A stretch of DNA of 64,000 bases from Candidatus Hermodarchaeota archaeon (lineage in GTDB: Archaea > Asgardarchaeota > Thorarchaeia > Thorarchaeales > Thorarchaeaceae), in contig JBHLLF010000009.1 in NCBI GenBank assembly GCA_048885865.1, positions 1 through 64,000 on the forward strand, written 5' to 3'. Below are positions 19,942 to 29,815 of this stretch, in pieces. The notes below the pieces were generated by a model, which was not told the DNA's origin, did not search any database, and saw only the letters and a list, made by a program, of their open reading frames with translations. The position numbers were made by a program, and so were the translations under genes. The number at the start of each line of letters is the position of its first letter. The first letter of the stretch is position 1.

Positions 19942-20331
19942 CTAAGGTCGAAGAACCAATGCTTCTCCAAAAGCAGATTCCATATCTAGCGATCCGCGTA
20001 CCAAGTTTCCTTGAGCCCCTAGCTTGGACATGATGTCATCCATGGCTTGGTTAGCTTGTGCCGTTTGCTCCTCCCAAGTACTGGATGGGTCACAGAGGTC
20101 ATCGAAGGTTAGTACGTACTTGAAAGTGAGGGCCACCCCATTCATCTTGACTCCAAGAGCGGTGAGTGTCATTCTTCGAAGACGCTTCTGGTCATCAAGA
20201 AATGGACTATAGAAGTACTCAGGAGAGTACATCACGAGAGCCGCTTTACTGGCAAACGTTTCGAAGTCCTCAAATTTCTCAAGGACAACAGGGGGGACAA
20301 TGACAGGATTCTCGTTACTCATTCTTCTCAT
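19942..20331 (-). CDS. Hypothetical protein
   Basis: 129-aa ORF with upstream TATA box and structured leader. Confidence 0.75.
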   Translation of the reverse strand: MRRMSNENPVIVPPVVLEKFEDFETFASKAALVMYSPEYFYSPFLDDQKRLRRMTLTALGVKMNGVALTFKYVLTFDDLCDPSSTWEEQTAQANQAMDDIMSKLGAQGNLVRGSLDMESAFGEALVLRP

Positions 20332-20499
20332 CTCGTTCCTTCCAATGCATAAACCCCCTGTCCCCTCGACTTCCAGTGGAGCCGCTGGAGGGGGTGCTAG
20401 CTAAACGGGCCTTCTGGCCAGTGCCTGTATGCATTGTTTCAAAATCTTATAAATATATCTATTTATCTATTTAATTAGCGCTTTGTTTAAATAATACTC

Positions 20500-20517
20500 T
20501 TGGAACACGTGTTCCAA
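20500..20517. promoter_or_regulatory. Perfect 18-bp palindrome, candidate transcription-factor site
   Basis: TTGGAACACGTGTTCCAA about 45 bp upstream of a minus-strand TTTATAA box. Confidence 0.5.
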
Positions 20518-20559
20518 ATACAAATGAGTTAGAAACACGCAGGTTCAAGGAAGAAGCAT

Positions 20560-21078
20560 CTATTGATCTACGTCACCAAAGATTGGCGAGAATGGGGTTC
20601 GATCAGAAGTGTCAAACGAGTCACACACCTTCCTAAGTCGCTTGATGTGACTGGATTTCAGAAATGCCAGATACTCAAAGAGGGCGCTTATGACCTCTGA
20701 CTTTGCTCTGTTAGCAATCGATAGATAGAAACCATATGCATTAAGACTGCGTTGCAGAGTATCATTACAAATAGACCATCTCTGGAACTGGATGCTATCA
20801 GCAAAAGGAGATGCAAACTCGAAAAGATCCTCGTTCGGATTCTCCCAGTTGGCCTTTCGTTCTCTGCTATTCTCCACCCCTTCCAAGGGACCAGCGACCA
20901 TCATATGCTCTATCCTCTCAATCAGATTCTCCTCTGACTCCTCCAATACCATCAGCAGTGCCCTGACTTCTGGCCTAGTAGCCTTCTCCAATTCTTGTTG
21001 ATAGTAGGCCAAGTCATTCAGTGCTGTGGCGAGGGCGAGGTTCAGCATATGTCGGACGGGATCCTTTCTTTCGCTCAT
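20560..21078 (-). CDS. Ferritin/rubrerythrin-like four-helix protein (degenerate ligands)
   Basis: Two YY/FY..LA......V..LF..LA..E..H type repeats. Confidence 0.65.
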   Translation of the reverse strand: MSERKDPVRHMLNLALATALNDLAYYQQELEKATRPEVRALLMVLEESEENLIERIEHMMVAGPLEGVENSRERKANWENPNEDLFEFASPFADSIQFQRWSICNDTLQRSLNAYGFYLSIANRAKSEVISALFEYLAFLKSSHIKRLRKVCDSFDTSDRTPFSPIFGDVDQ

Positions 21079-21118
21079 TCTTCTAAGATATCAGATACTT
21101 CGTAAAAGAAATCAGTTT

Positions 21119-21823
21119 CTATGGCTGATGTTTAGATGGGTCAGCCAAATAGCTAGTAATCAGCTTGTATTCTTCGGAATCCATCGAGTCCTGCAAAAGT
21201 GGTAAGCCTTCGTCAACGAAATCTATGAGGGCATGCAATTTTATTCCAGCCTCCTTGGCCCTCTTCTTTGCACCTTGTTGGCGGTCTAGTACTACGGCTA
21301 CGTCATCACAAACGACATCTTGAACCTCTCTTCTTTCAATCTCTGCCTGTACCTGTGTCCGGGCAATGAGCTTGCTCTCCATCCCTGTAACAAGATCATC
21401 GACTATGCAAAGAACGTCGCCTTCCTCCACTATTCCTTCGAGAAGTGAGTGCTGCCCGTATTCCTGGATTGCTTTGCGGAGGTCCTCTTCTGTCCTTACA
21501 CCCAGCATTTTGCGAGTATGACAGGCAGGTAGACCAGACTCGATTGAAACAGCTGTAGCAATTGGAATTCCTGCAAAGGCCACTCCGACTACCTTGTTCA
21601 CATTGGGAGCTTCCTCTTTCAGGAGTGTGGTCATTGCCTGACCAACTTTCTTCAATGTTCCAGGATATGAACTCAATAGACGCAACTGGATGTAGAATGG
21701 ACTCCAGATACCAGAAACCAGCGTCCACCCCTCTTTCTTGTCTCGTGAGGCTGTCAGGAGCATTCTGTTCTGATAGATCTCATTCATAATGTTCCTTTTC
21801 AGGATGTCAAGATTGTCAGTCAT
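21119..21823 (-). CDS. pyrE: Orotate phosphoribosyltransferase
   Basis: TLVSGIWSPFYIQLR, GVAFAGIPIA, IVDDLVTG PRPP loop, VLDRQQG. Confidence 0.9.
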   Translation of the reverse strand: MTDNLDILKRNIMNEIYQNRMLLTASRDKKEGWTLVSGIWSPFYIQLRLLSSYPGTLKKVGQAMTTLLKEEAPNVNKVVGVAFAGIPIATAVSIESGLPACHTRKMLGVRTEEDLRKAIQEYGQHSLLEGIVEEGDVLCIVDDLVTGMESKLIARTQVQAEIERREVQDVVCDDVAVVLDRQQGAKKRAKEAGIKLHALIDFVDEGLPLLQDSMDSEEYKLITSYLADPSKHQP

Positions 21824-21915
21824 TGTCCACTCCCACCAACATCATGCTCGAGCCGTTCTTAACACTGTCGAAAGCCGTGGGAAGAGATAAGCGAGCTAAG
21901 AGCATTGTATTAGAC

Positions 21916-22962
21916 ATGGTTTCCCCGGAAGCTATCCAGTGGTTATTGGCCAATTCGGGACCATCTATCCGATTTCAGACTGTAGTAGATTTGCTTCAAG
22001 ACCAAGATGTGGGGAGAGTTAGCTCTGTATTAGCAGATCTACTGGCCAGTCCTTTGGTTAGTGAATGGATAAGCAGGCTGAATCCAGGTCTTCAGATGAA
22101 ACAGATACACTCGTCTAGACCTGAAGCATTCGAGAACACCATGGGCAAACTGGGAGAGCTAGGGTTAAGAGCGGGGCTACAGCCATTTGATAGCAAGACC
22201 TTGCCATTTCGAGCTTGGTTGACAGACACTGCTGAGGATGAAATAGAAAATCCATTTCATGTCTTTTCGCGTGCTATAGTTGCCTCGTTCCTATCGTTCA
22301 CGGGCTACTCAAGCACTGAACCAGTTTACGACGTGCTTACAGAACGGCTTGAAGCGATTTACTCCTTTGCGAAAAGCCCAGATTTTGCAGATGTATATGT
22401 TGGCAAAAGGGGAGATGACGGCCTCGTTAATCCCCGGCTATATCCAGATCAGCAATTCGCTTTGCCATGGATTCATGACATACGCGGCTTCGCTAGCTCA
22501 AACCAGATTCTCTCCGATTCTAGTCTTCGTCAGAAAACAGAGACAGTTGTTTCAATGGTGCTTAGACCAGAATATCAAGAACTGCAACACGGCTACGGCT
22601 TCATGAAGTATGAGGATCAAGGATACAAGATTGGCTGGAGCGTCCATTTACCTGGCTTTAGTTCTGAACCATCAGATACTTCCATGCCGAATATACTTCT
22701 CATTCTCCCTATTATGGCACCATTCAAGACCGCCCGAAGTAGTGAATGGTTTATTCGAATGATGGAAAAACTGGAAGCTTGCAAGACTGAATATGACACA
22801 TATCAATTCCCGAGGGATTGGTTGCCCGAGAAGCAAGAGGGGTACTGGGTGAATGGGGCCTATATGGCCCTTGAAGAGAACAGGAGAAAATCATCTGCAA
22901 TTGAGTCTGAGTCAACATTTAGGATGTTCAGAATCAAGCATCTGATGGAGAAGTTTCCCTAG
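21916..22962 (+). CDS. Conserved hypothetical protein (alpha-helical, prenyltransferase-fold-like)
   Basis: IQWLLANSGPSIRF N-terminus; long ORF; start moved to ATG 21916. Confidence 0.7.
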   Translation: MVSPEAIQWLLANSGPSIRFQTVVDLLQDQDVGRVSSVLADLLASPLVSEWISRLNPGLQMKQIHSSRPEAFENTMGKLGELGLRAGLQPFDSKTLPFRAWLTDTAEDEIENPFHVFSRAIVASFLSFTGYSSTEPVYDVLTERLEAIYSFAKSPDFADVYVGKRGDDGLVNPRLYPDQQFALPWIHDIRGFASSNQILSDSSLRQKTETVVSMVLRPEYQELQHGYGFMKYEDQGYKIGWSVHLPGFSSEPSDTSMPNILLILPIMAPFKTARSSEWFIRMMEKLEACKTEYDTYQFPRDWLPEKQEGYWVNGAYMALEENRRKSSAIESESTFRMFRIKHLMEKFP

Positions 22963-24046
22963 ATGGTTTGGTGAAGCTGATTCTTGGAGACCCTCTAAAT
23001 AATACACTTAGAAAACGATTCCTTGTTATGATATATTTTGTTAGAAGAAAGCCAATTGTGATTCCTAGAATGAACCTTAGCGGCCAGAACAAAGTGCTGT
23101 GTTCAAGACCAGATAACGGTAGTCCAAGTGGCAATGCTACCAAAGGTGCAAGATAGAAGAAGACGGGATGAATCTCATAGAGCTCTTGTGAGTTCTTGCC
23201 AAGACCCATGAACAAGTTCCTGAGAAGATTGGAATACACCAACGCGCTTGAGGCCAGGAATACCAGAATAGTTCCAATGGTCCCTGGGATCAAGTAAATG
23301 AAAAGACTCACTCCAAGATTATCGACCGCAATGTCAGTAAACCCATTGAAATCAGAAACCAGGACTAGTATGACGGAAAGCAGAAGGAAAATAGCAGCAT
23401 CACGGACCTTTGATGATGACAGCCAGGGATTCAAGCCCCTATACTGACGCATGGCATTCCCAAAGAACACGAATGTTGCTGCCACAAATACGCTGCTTAG
23501 CCGCCATGGAACGAGATTTGGCAAAAAGAAGGACTGAATTATCATAGCAATAACTGGAAAGACCACTATGATAATCCATCTGGAGTAGTAGGGAAACCGC
23601 TGCAATGCTCGATCAGTGATTACGAACAGCATCAATCCGAAGTAGAGTACCGGCAGAAACCACAGATGAGAGGCTGAGAGGGGAGGCCCGTTCCCATATA
23701 GGAACCATAGAAAGATTTCCACGGGAGTAAAAGCTGACTCAATATTGGAGGAGAGTGGAAGAAATAGGACCATCATTATGATGTAAAGGAAAAAGTATGG
23801 AATCAGAAATTGCTTCCCTCGAGATACGGCGAAGTATCGTAAGTTCCCCCTATATCGATAGTTATTGTAGGTGAAACCAGCCAAGACGAAGAAGATGGCT
23901 ATTGTAAAACTGCTCAGGTGAATCGTAACGGGATTGAGCCATGGTATCATGGAATGGACTAGTATGACGAAAGTGATTCCGATGCCTTTTGTCACCTCAA
24001 TCCATTCAAGCCGGGGTAGTTGGGGCTCACCTTCCATACCTTCCAT
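22934..24046 (-). CDS. Acyltransferase family 3 membrane protein
   Basis: RLEWIEVTKGIGITFVILVH, FFVLAG, LWFLPVLY, LGKNSQELYEIH. Confidence 0.9.
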   Translation of the reverse strand: MEGMEGEPQLPRLEWIEVTKGIGITFVILVHSMIPWLNPVTIHLSSFTIAIFFVLAGFTYNNYRYRGNLRYFAVSRGKQFLIPYFFLYIIMMVLFLPLSSNIESAFTPVEIFLWFLYGNGPPLSASHLWFLPVLYFGLMLFVITDRALQRFPYYSRWIIIVVFPVIAMIIQSFFLPNLVPWRLSSVFVAATFVFFGNAMRQYRGLNPWLSSSKVRDAAIFLLLSVILVLVSDFNGFTDIAVDNLGVSLFIYLIPGTIGTILVFLASSALVYSNLLRNLFMGLGKNSQELYEIHPVFFYLAPLVALPLGLPLSGLEHSTLFWPLRFILGITIGFLLTKYIITRNRFLSVLFRGSPRISFTKPSRETSPSDA

Positions 24047-24146
24047 GAGTATATTCTCCGCCCTTGTTCCTCTACAAAGCTTTCATTCTGTTAGGGCTTC
24101 ATCCTGAAGAGTCTTTAGGCGCCTCTTCAGTTGTAGATTGATTCTC

Positions 24147-25142
24147 ATGTCAGAAGTATTGATTCTTTCACAGAATGAAGTGCAATCCTGTCTTCCCATG
24201 GGAAAGACAATCGAGGCAGTACGCGAGGCATACATTGCATTTGCCAAGGGCAGAGTGCAACTAGCACCAGTTGCACATCTGGATGTCAAGCAGTATAACG
24301 GAGAGGTCGATATCAAGCCCGGGTATGTCGAGGACTTTGGAATCATCGGGACAAAGATTGCCAGCGGATACTACGACAACCACAAACTCGGACTGCCGCC
24401 AGGAGTTGCTGTCATTGTCCTTATGGATCTGAAAACGAGTATGCCCATCGCTATAATGGATGGGACCTACATCACTGCCTACAGAACTGGTGCTGCTGGT
24501 GCGGTTGCAGCCGATGTCTTGGCCAGGAAGAATTCAAAGATTGTAGGGGTTGTAGGCACCGGAACCCAAGGAAGAATGCAGATTATGGCCCTGAGAGAGC
24601 TCTTCAATATAGAAGAGATTCGGGCTTGGGACATCGTCGGAGAAGTAGCTGAGCGCTATGCAAAGGAGATGGCTGAGAGTCTGGGGATAGAAGTGAATGC
24701 GTTTTCAGATGTGGGGGATGTCGTTCGAGATGTGGATATCGTCGTGACAGTGACTCCGTCTAGAGAGGCATTAGTCAAGAGTGATTGGATAGGAGAGGGC
24801 GTCCATATCAATGCAATAGGAGCAGATGGCCCAGGGAAGCAAGAACTGGACCCCAAGATTGTGGCGAATGCAGACAAAATTGTGGTGGACAGCCTTGTCC
24901 AGTGTCGAAGGATTGGAGAGATTCAACATGCTTTAGCACAGAACCTCATTACTGAAGACAATGTGCATGCCGAGATAGGTCAGATTCTGATTGGTGACAA
25001 GTCTGGTCGGGAGTCAGACGAGGAGGTAACCATGTTTGATTCAACTGGTCTAGCAGCTCAGGATATTGCTGCTGGATATGTGGTCTACAAGGAAGCCAAA
25101 GAAAAGGGGCTGGGACTGACGACAAATCTACTAAACATCTAG
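24147..25142 (+). CDS. Ornithine cyclodeaminase / mu-crystallin family (archaeal alanine dehydrogenase-like)
   Basis: ITAYRTGAAG, GTGTQG, HINAIGADGPGKQELD, FDSTGLAAQD. Confidence 0.92.
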   Translation: MSEVLILSQNEVQSCLPMGKTIEAVREAYIAFAKGRVQLAPVAHLDVKQYNGEVDIKPGYVEDFGIIGTKIASGYYDNHKLGLPPGVAVIVLMDLKTSMPIAIMDGTYITAYRTGAAGAVAADVLARKNSKIVGVVGTGTQGRMQIMALRELFNIEEIRAWDIVGEVAERYAKEMAESLGIEVNAFSDVGDVVRDVDIVVTVTPSREALVKSDWIGEGVHINAIGADGPGKQELDPKIVANADKIVVDSLVQCRRIGEIQHALAQNLITEDNVHAEIGQILIGDKSGRESDEEVTMFDSTGLAAQDIAAGYVVYKEAKEKGLGLTTNLLNI

Positions 25143-25154
25143 GGTGAGCGTGTC

Positions 25155-26117
25155 GTGAAAGAAATCAGCTTGGAGAGCATTCGGAAGGCACAGAAGACCA
25201 TCAAAAAGTATGTCAAGGCCACACCCCTTGTCCGTTCATATTCCCTCAGTGAGCGATGCCAGGGCCAAGTCTATCTTAAGCTGGAGAATCAGCAACACAC
25301 TAACTCATTCAAGGTGCGTGGTGCACTAAACAGAATGTCACAATTGAAAGCTAAAGAGAGGAAGAAGGGAGTCGTCACTGCCTCATCCGGAAATCATGCG
25401 CAAGGTGTGGCATATGCCGCGCAGCAGCTAGACATACCCGCCACAATAGTCGTACCAAATGAGGTCTCCAAGGCCAAGCTGAAGAAGGTTCGTGCGTTTG
25501 ATGTCGAGGTCGTCCTAGGTGGAGGATTCGATGAGGTGGAGGCCAAGGCCAGAGAGATGGCGAAGACAGAGAAGCTGACCTATGTAAGCCCCTACAATGA
25601 CTATGCAGTGATGGCTGGACAAGGCACTATCGGTCTCGAGATTATCGAAGAAATCGACGCCTTTGACTCGATTGTCGTACCTGTTGGGGGAGGCGGATTG
25701 ATTGCAGGCATCGCTGTGGCTGTTAAGAGTATTAGACCGGAAATCCAGGTGATTGGAGTTCAAACACCGGGTTCAGCCACAATGTATGAGTCATGGCTCG
25801 CAGGCGAGGTCGTTGAGATAGAAGAGTCAAACACCCTTGCAGAGGCATTTCTGGGAGGGGTTGAAAAAGGGTCTCTGACACTGGATGTTATAATGAAATA
25901 TGTTGACGACATTGTCTTAGTCGATGAGAAGACCGTGGCAGATGCAATCCGCCTTCTTTGGATAGAAGAGGGACAGGTGATTGAAGGAGCCGGAGCGACG
26001 TCCATAAGTCCCCTGTTAGAAACACCTGAACGATTCAATGGGCACACTGTTGTCTGTGTTGTGAGTGGAGGCAATATCGAGAGGTCGATTTTCGACAGAA
26101 TAATTGGTAGAACGTAG
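25155..26117 (+). CDS. Threonine/serine dehydratase (catabolic type, no ACT domain)
   Basis: LKLENQQHTNSFKVRG, ASSGNHAQG, PVGGGGL, VVSGGN. Confidence 0.93.
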   Translation: MKEISLESIRKAQKTIKKYVKATPLVRSYSLSERCQGQVYLKLENQQHTNSFKVRGALNRMSQLKAKERKKGVVTASSGNHAQGVAYAAQQLDIPATIVVPNEVSKAKLKKVRAFDVEVVLGGGFDEVEAKAREMAKTEKLTYVSPYNDYAVMAGQGTIGLEIIEEIDAFDSIVVPVGGGGLIAGIAVAVKSIRPEIQVIGVQTPGSATMYESWLAGEVVEIEESNTLAEAFLGGVEKGSLTLDVIMKYVDDIVLVDEKTVADAIRLLWIEEGQVIEGAGATSISPLLETPERFNGHTVVCVVSGGNIERSIFDRIIGRT

Positions 26118-26160
26118 CGAATCCTTTAAATTCGCTCACCAAAGTCATCGGCTCAGCAAT

Positions 26161-26268
26161 GCGCTCGTTGTCTAGGGGCTATGATGGATCCCTGCCAATG
26201 CGCGGGGGTTTATCCCTCGGAACCGTAGAACGGATCCGGCCCGGGTTCGAATCCCGGCGAGCGCACCA
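26161..26268 (+). tRNA. tRNA-Gly(GCC) with canonical 33-nt intron (37/38; 26198-26230)
   Basis: GCGCTCG/CGAGCGC acceptor, GATCC/GGATC stem, BHB CTGC/GTAG, CCGGG-TTCGAAT-CCCGG. Confidence 0.95.
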
Positions 26269-26286
26269 TCCCTCTAATTATGTTCG

Positions 26287-27369
26287 TCATCTAACCAGAC
26301 TCTCAAAAAGCCGAGCTGACCTCTTATCCTGAGAATCAGTTTCAGTTGCTTGTTTCAATGCTTCCCGTGCTTCATCAATGCGGTTCTGCTTTAGAAGGGC
26401 AATTCCAAGATCACACCAAGCAGCTGTGAGTGACGGGTCAATTCCAATAGCCGATCTTAGTGCAGTTTCCGCTTCCTCGTATTTGCTTTGAGCGAGCAAG
26501 CATTTACCCAATGTGTGGGGGAAGTCAGCATATTCAGGGGACTCTTCAGCCAGTTTCCTGTACTTAGCTTCAGCCTGGGGCATGCTTCCCAAGCCACTCA
26601 ATGAGATAGTGAACAACTGTCTGGCTCTTGGGTCAATTCGACTCAGTTCTGCTCGTTTAGTCGAGAGATCTATTAACCCAATCTCTTCAAGTTTCGCCCC
26701 AAGTCTATCGATTGCAAAGTCAGTAAGTGGCTCAATGCTTATTGCTTTCTCATATGCCTCGAGGGCTTCATCCAACATGCCTTGCATGAGCAGGACAACT
26801 CCTAGTTTGATCCACACTACGTAGCTCCGGCTGTTGAATTGAAGGGCTTTCTGATAACTATGGATAGCTTCTTCGTATTTCTGGTCGCGTTGTTGAAAAT
26901 CGGCCAACTTCTCCCACTGAAATGAATCATCTGGATGGGTTCTCACGCCTTCTTCATAGGCTTCCTCTGCTGATACTTCAAGACCCAGCTCAGCAGATAG
27001 CTCAGCAATGTGGTTCCATGACGATGTGTCGTCAGGCTTTCTAGAAACTGCTTCGCGAAAGCATTCTATTGCCTCAATCTTGAGGCCTTCTGACATCAAG
27101 AAGAAACCTAGCTGCCTCAGAGCGTTGGGACTCGCTTCATGAGTCCGAGCAGCCTCTCTTAGCATTGTCTTGGCAGCCTCTCTTTTACCATGATTGTAAA
27201 GGAATATTGCGTAGGAAGTCAAACCCGCCTCGAATTCGGGATAAGTAGATGTCAATTCTATATAGGTGTCCTCAGCTGCTCTATGATCTCCTTTCTGTTC
27301 AAACTCAATGGATTTGGTCAAGAGCCCAAATGCTCTTTCATGTCGTATCCAATTCCGAATCCTACGCAA
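26287..27369 (-). CDS. TPR repeat protein
   Basis: Eight or more TPR-like units. Confidence 0.88.
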   Translation of the reverse strand: MRRIRNWIRHERAFGLLTKSIEFEQKGDHRAAEDTYIELTSTYPEFEAGLTSYAIFLYNHGKREAAKTMLREAARTHEASPNALRQLGFFLMSEGLKIEAIECFREAVSRKPDDTSSWNHIAELSAELGLEVSAEEAYEEGVRTHPDDSFQWEKLADFQQRDQKYEEAIHSYQKALQFNSRSYVVWIKLGVVLLMQGMLDEALEAYEKAISIEPLTDFAIDRLGAKLEEIGLIDLSTKRAELSRIDPRARQLFTISLSGLGSMPQAEAKYRKLAEESPEYADFPHTLGKCLLAQSKYEEAETALRSAIGIDPSLTAAWCDLGIALLKQNRIDEAREALKQATETDSQDKRSARLFESLVR

Positions 27370-27417
27370 CGTCTATTCTCTCAGTGATGATATTGGATTA
27401 ATGGCATATAGATTATC

Positions 27418-27482
27418 GTTAGCGGGTTATCATGCAGCTCTTCGAAGCTATGACCAGGGTTCGAATCCCGGCGAACGTACCA
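27418..27482 (+). pseudogene. Degenerate tRNA-Gly-like copy; direct repeat of the tRNA-Gly(GCC) 3' end
   Basis: 27460-27482 matches 26246-26268 at 21/23; decayed anticodon and D-arm-like sequence upstream; no 5' acceptor strand. Confidence 0.8.
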
Positions 27483-27586
27483 TTTCTTGCATTCCTAGAA
27501 GCATCGATACGATATGTTCATCTTAGAGTGAATGCCTGTTGTGCAGCAATAATAAGCCTTCAAAATCCATGGGGGACCGAAGTGAG

Positions 27587-28057
27587 ATGTCTTTTCGATA
27601 TACTGTTAGAGTAGGATATATCCTGCTTGTTCTAACCCTACTAACACCCTTCAGCGCAATGATCCAGGCAATAACTGAAGATAATACCACGATTGCGCTA
27701 CTTGCCCCCTTGTGGCAGTACATATGGCACAGCACATTGCCAGTTCATTTTGCATTCTCTCCATTCGGTTTGCTATACTTTCCATACTATGGTTTGAGTG
27801 TGTATATCTCGTGGCTAGCTTACAATACAGCCCGCAAGCAGAATATTGAAAGAAAACAGTATGCATGGAGATTAGTCATCATAATAGCTCTTCAGATTGC
27901 AGTGATACTGCTAATTCCGCCCTTTAGTGGGGACCCTCGGCCCGTGAATATTCCACTGCCTATAATGGGCGTACTGGGACTTCTTCTTACAAACTACACT
28001 GTGAGGAAACTAACTAGTCCATGGGAGGATCAAGTGGTCTTTTCTGAATCAGAATAG
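27587..28057 (+). CDS. Four-TM membrane protein
   Basis: Hydrophobic segments; C-terminal SPW motif. Confidence 0.7.
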   Translation: MSFRYTVRVGYILLVLTLLTPFSAMIQAITEDNTTIALLAPLWQYIWHSTLPVHFAFSPFGLLYFPYYGLSVYISWLAYNTARKQNIERKQYAWRLVIIIALQIAVILLIPPFSGDPRPVNIPLPIMGVLGLLLTNYTVRKLTSPWEDQVVFSESE

Positions 28058-28076
28058 ACTCATGCATAGCTAGTAA

Positions 28077-28099
28077 TTTGAATCTCTGCGAGCGCATCA
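28077..28099 (+). repeat. Second repeat of the tRNA-Gly(GCC) 3' end
   Basis: TTTGAATCTCTGCGAGCGCATCA vs TTCGAATCCCGGCGAGCGCACCA (19/23). Confidence 0.75.
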
Positions 28100-28151
28100 C
28101 TTCTCATTCATCGTCCTATGCAGGACAACACGTAAATCATGAGAGAGTGAG

Positions 28152-28586
28152 ATGCATGCTATGAATAACCATCTTCTCCATATGGCTGCTCGTGTGTGGC
28201 TGATTGAAACGCTGTTCTCCATATTCAATTTCTTCGTTCTCATGAATCTCGTCTATGAACCGGCGTGGGGTGAATTGGTAGCACACCAGATAGGGATGTC
28301 GACCAGGATTGTGGTTATTGTGATTCTCGCATATATGCTACTTCGATATGTCCAGGAATACGAAACGAGAGACCTTGTTCATGTAGGGTTGCTCTGGGTC
28401 GGACTGGAGCTATTGTTCGAATGGGGTGGCAGTCTATTGGTTGGGCGATCTGTAGAAGAAATCCTCATTGGATGGAACATCTTTGCGGGCTACATTTGGC
28501 CCTACGTACTACTCACCTACCTTCTGTCCAATCTTGTCATAGGTGTAGCTTTCCATCCAGGGAAGAGAACAACTGGTCAGAGATAA
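28152..28586 (+). CDS. Conserved four-TM membrane protein
   Basis: GELVAHQI, GLLWVGLELLFEW, WNIFAGYIWP. Confidence 0.75.
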   Translation: MHAMNNHLLHMAARVWLIETLFSIFNFFVLMNLVYEPAWGELVAHQIGMSTRIVVIVILAYMLLRYVQEYETRDLVHVGLLWVGLELLFEWGGSLLVGRSVEEILIGWNIFAGYIWPYVLLTYLLSNLVIGVAFHPGKRTTGQR

Positions 28587-28687
28587 GAGACTGATCGTTA
28601 ACCAACCAATATGGGTAAATTGTGATTGCTAGGGCGATCCTGTGCAAGATTGAAAAGGAAGTTTGCATCTAGTGCTCATTTGGCGAG

Positions 28688-29815
28688 TTGAAACCAATGC
28701 AAAAGGGCACTACTGGACACAGACCTAAAATGCACCCCGTAGTGGCTGTGCTTTCAAGAGCACCAATGAAGCTCATCTACACAATAATCCTCGTTGGTAT
28801 ACTTACCTATGCTGGGTTTCTTTTACTCACTCTCTTGACAGGACAGATTACACAAGTATTCTTCTCATTCATGCATCTTGTGCAATTAGATTTCTCCTTG
28901 CTAATTGCGGTTGGACTCTTCTTCCTTTTCAGTTACTACAAGACTTTGGAGAAAAGGCTCAGAGAGATTCGCTATGTCTTCTTGATCGATGATGATGATT
29001 TTGAAGGATATCTCGAAGAATTGACCAGCAAGATGGGTAGCGCACAGGGCTACCTGCTAGGTCTGCCGTTTATTGCTCTATCAATAGCTTCGATTTTTCT
29101 CTTTGTAATGCCAACAATGCCTAATGCTCTATTCCCAGTCAATCCACTATCACCTGTTTGGCTCTACCTTTCCATAGTCGAGTTCAGCCTCATTATGCTT
29201 CCATTGTTCGGAGTAGCTATCTGGCTGGGCATGGTAGTCATGTCAGTTTCGAAAGATATTGGACGAAAGTTGGAGATTTCTGTGGAACCGATTTCGCCTG
29301 ATCGCGCAGGAGGACTAGTTTCATTCTCTGAGGTGCTCTTGAGAGGTGTATTCATGTTTTCGCTGTTGCTAGTATTGCTGATCCCCCTGCTCGCCTACCT
29401 TGTGCACAATCTAAGCTCAAGTAGTCCCCTATTGGCTCTAATTCCTACAGCTGGCTTGGTGTTGGCAATTATGACCATTTCTGTATTCTTTTTGGTCCCT
29501 CAATACAACATTCACAGCATTTTGGAGGAGGAGAAGAAGAAACACTTGTCCCAAGTCAGTAGGGAAGTCAATGATGTGCTTTCCAATATACGCGGCGTGC
29601 TCTCCGCCTCTCCCACAATGTCTGATATTCCATCTCAGCAACTCACACTTGTAAGTCTTCAACTTACTATGCTCTTTGAACAAGTGGAAAAGATGAAAAC
29701 ATGGCCATCCACTCTCTGGATAGCAGCCAAGGCAGTCAGTTCTTTGTTGCTGATTCTGCTAACATTCTTTGTTAATCAGCTGCTCCTATACTATATAGAA
29801 TCGATTCTTAGCTGA
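28688..29815 (+). CDS. Multi-pass membrane protein
   Basis: Several TMs; PDRAGGL and VPQYNIH..L...K...TWP motifs. Confidence 0.75.
   Translation: MKPMQKGTTGHRPKMHPVVAVLSRAPMKLIYTIILVGILTYAGFLLLTLLTGQITQVFFSFMHLVQLDFSLLIAVGLFFLFSYYKTLEKRLREIRYVFLIDDDDFEGYLEELTSKMGSAQGYLLGLPFIALSIASIFLFVMPTMPNALFPVNPLSPVWLYLSIVEFSLIMLPLFGVAIWLGMVVMSVSKDIGRKLEISVEPISPDRAGGLVSFSEVLLRGVFMFSLLLVLLIPLLAYLVHNLSSSSPLLALIPTAGLVLAIMTISVFFLVPQYNIHSILEEEKKKHLSQVSREVNDVLSNIRGVLSASPTMSDIPSQQLTLVSLQLTMLFEQVEKMKTWPSTLWIAAKAVSSLLLILLTFFVNQLLLYYIESILS

Noticed and set aside
20506-20519. Similarity to the tRNA-Val T-arm (CACGTGTTC.AAAT)
   Set aside because: Better explained as part of a perfect palindrome; no acceptor strand or CCA follows.
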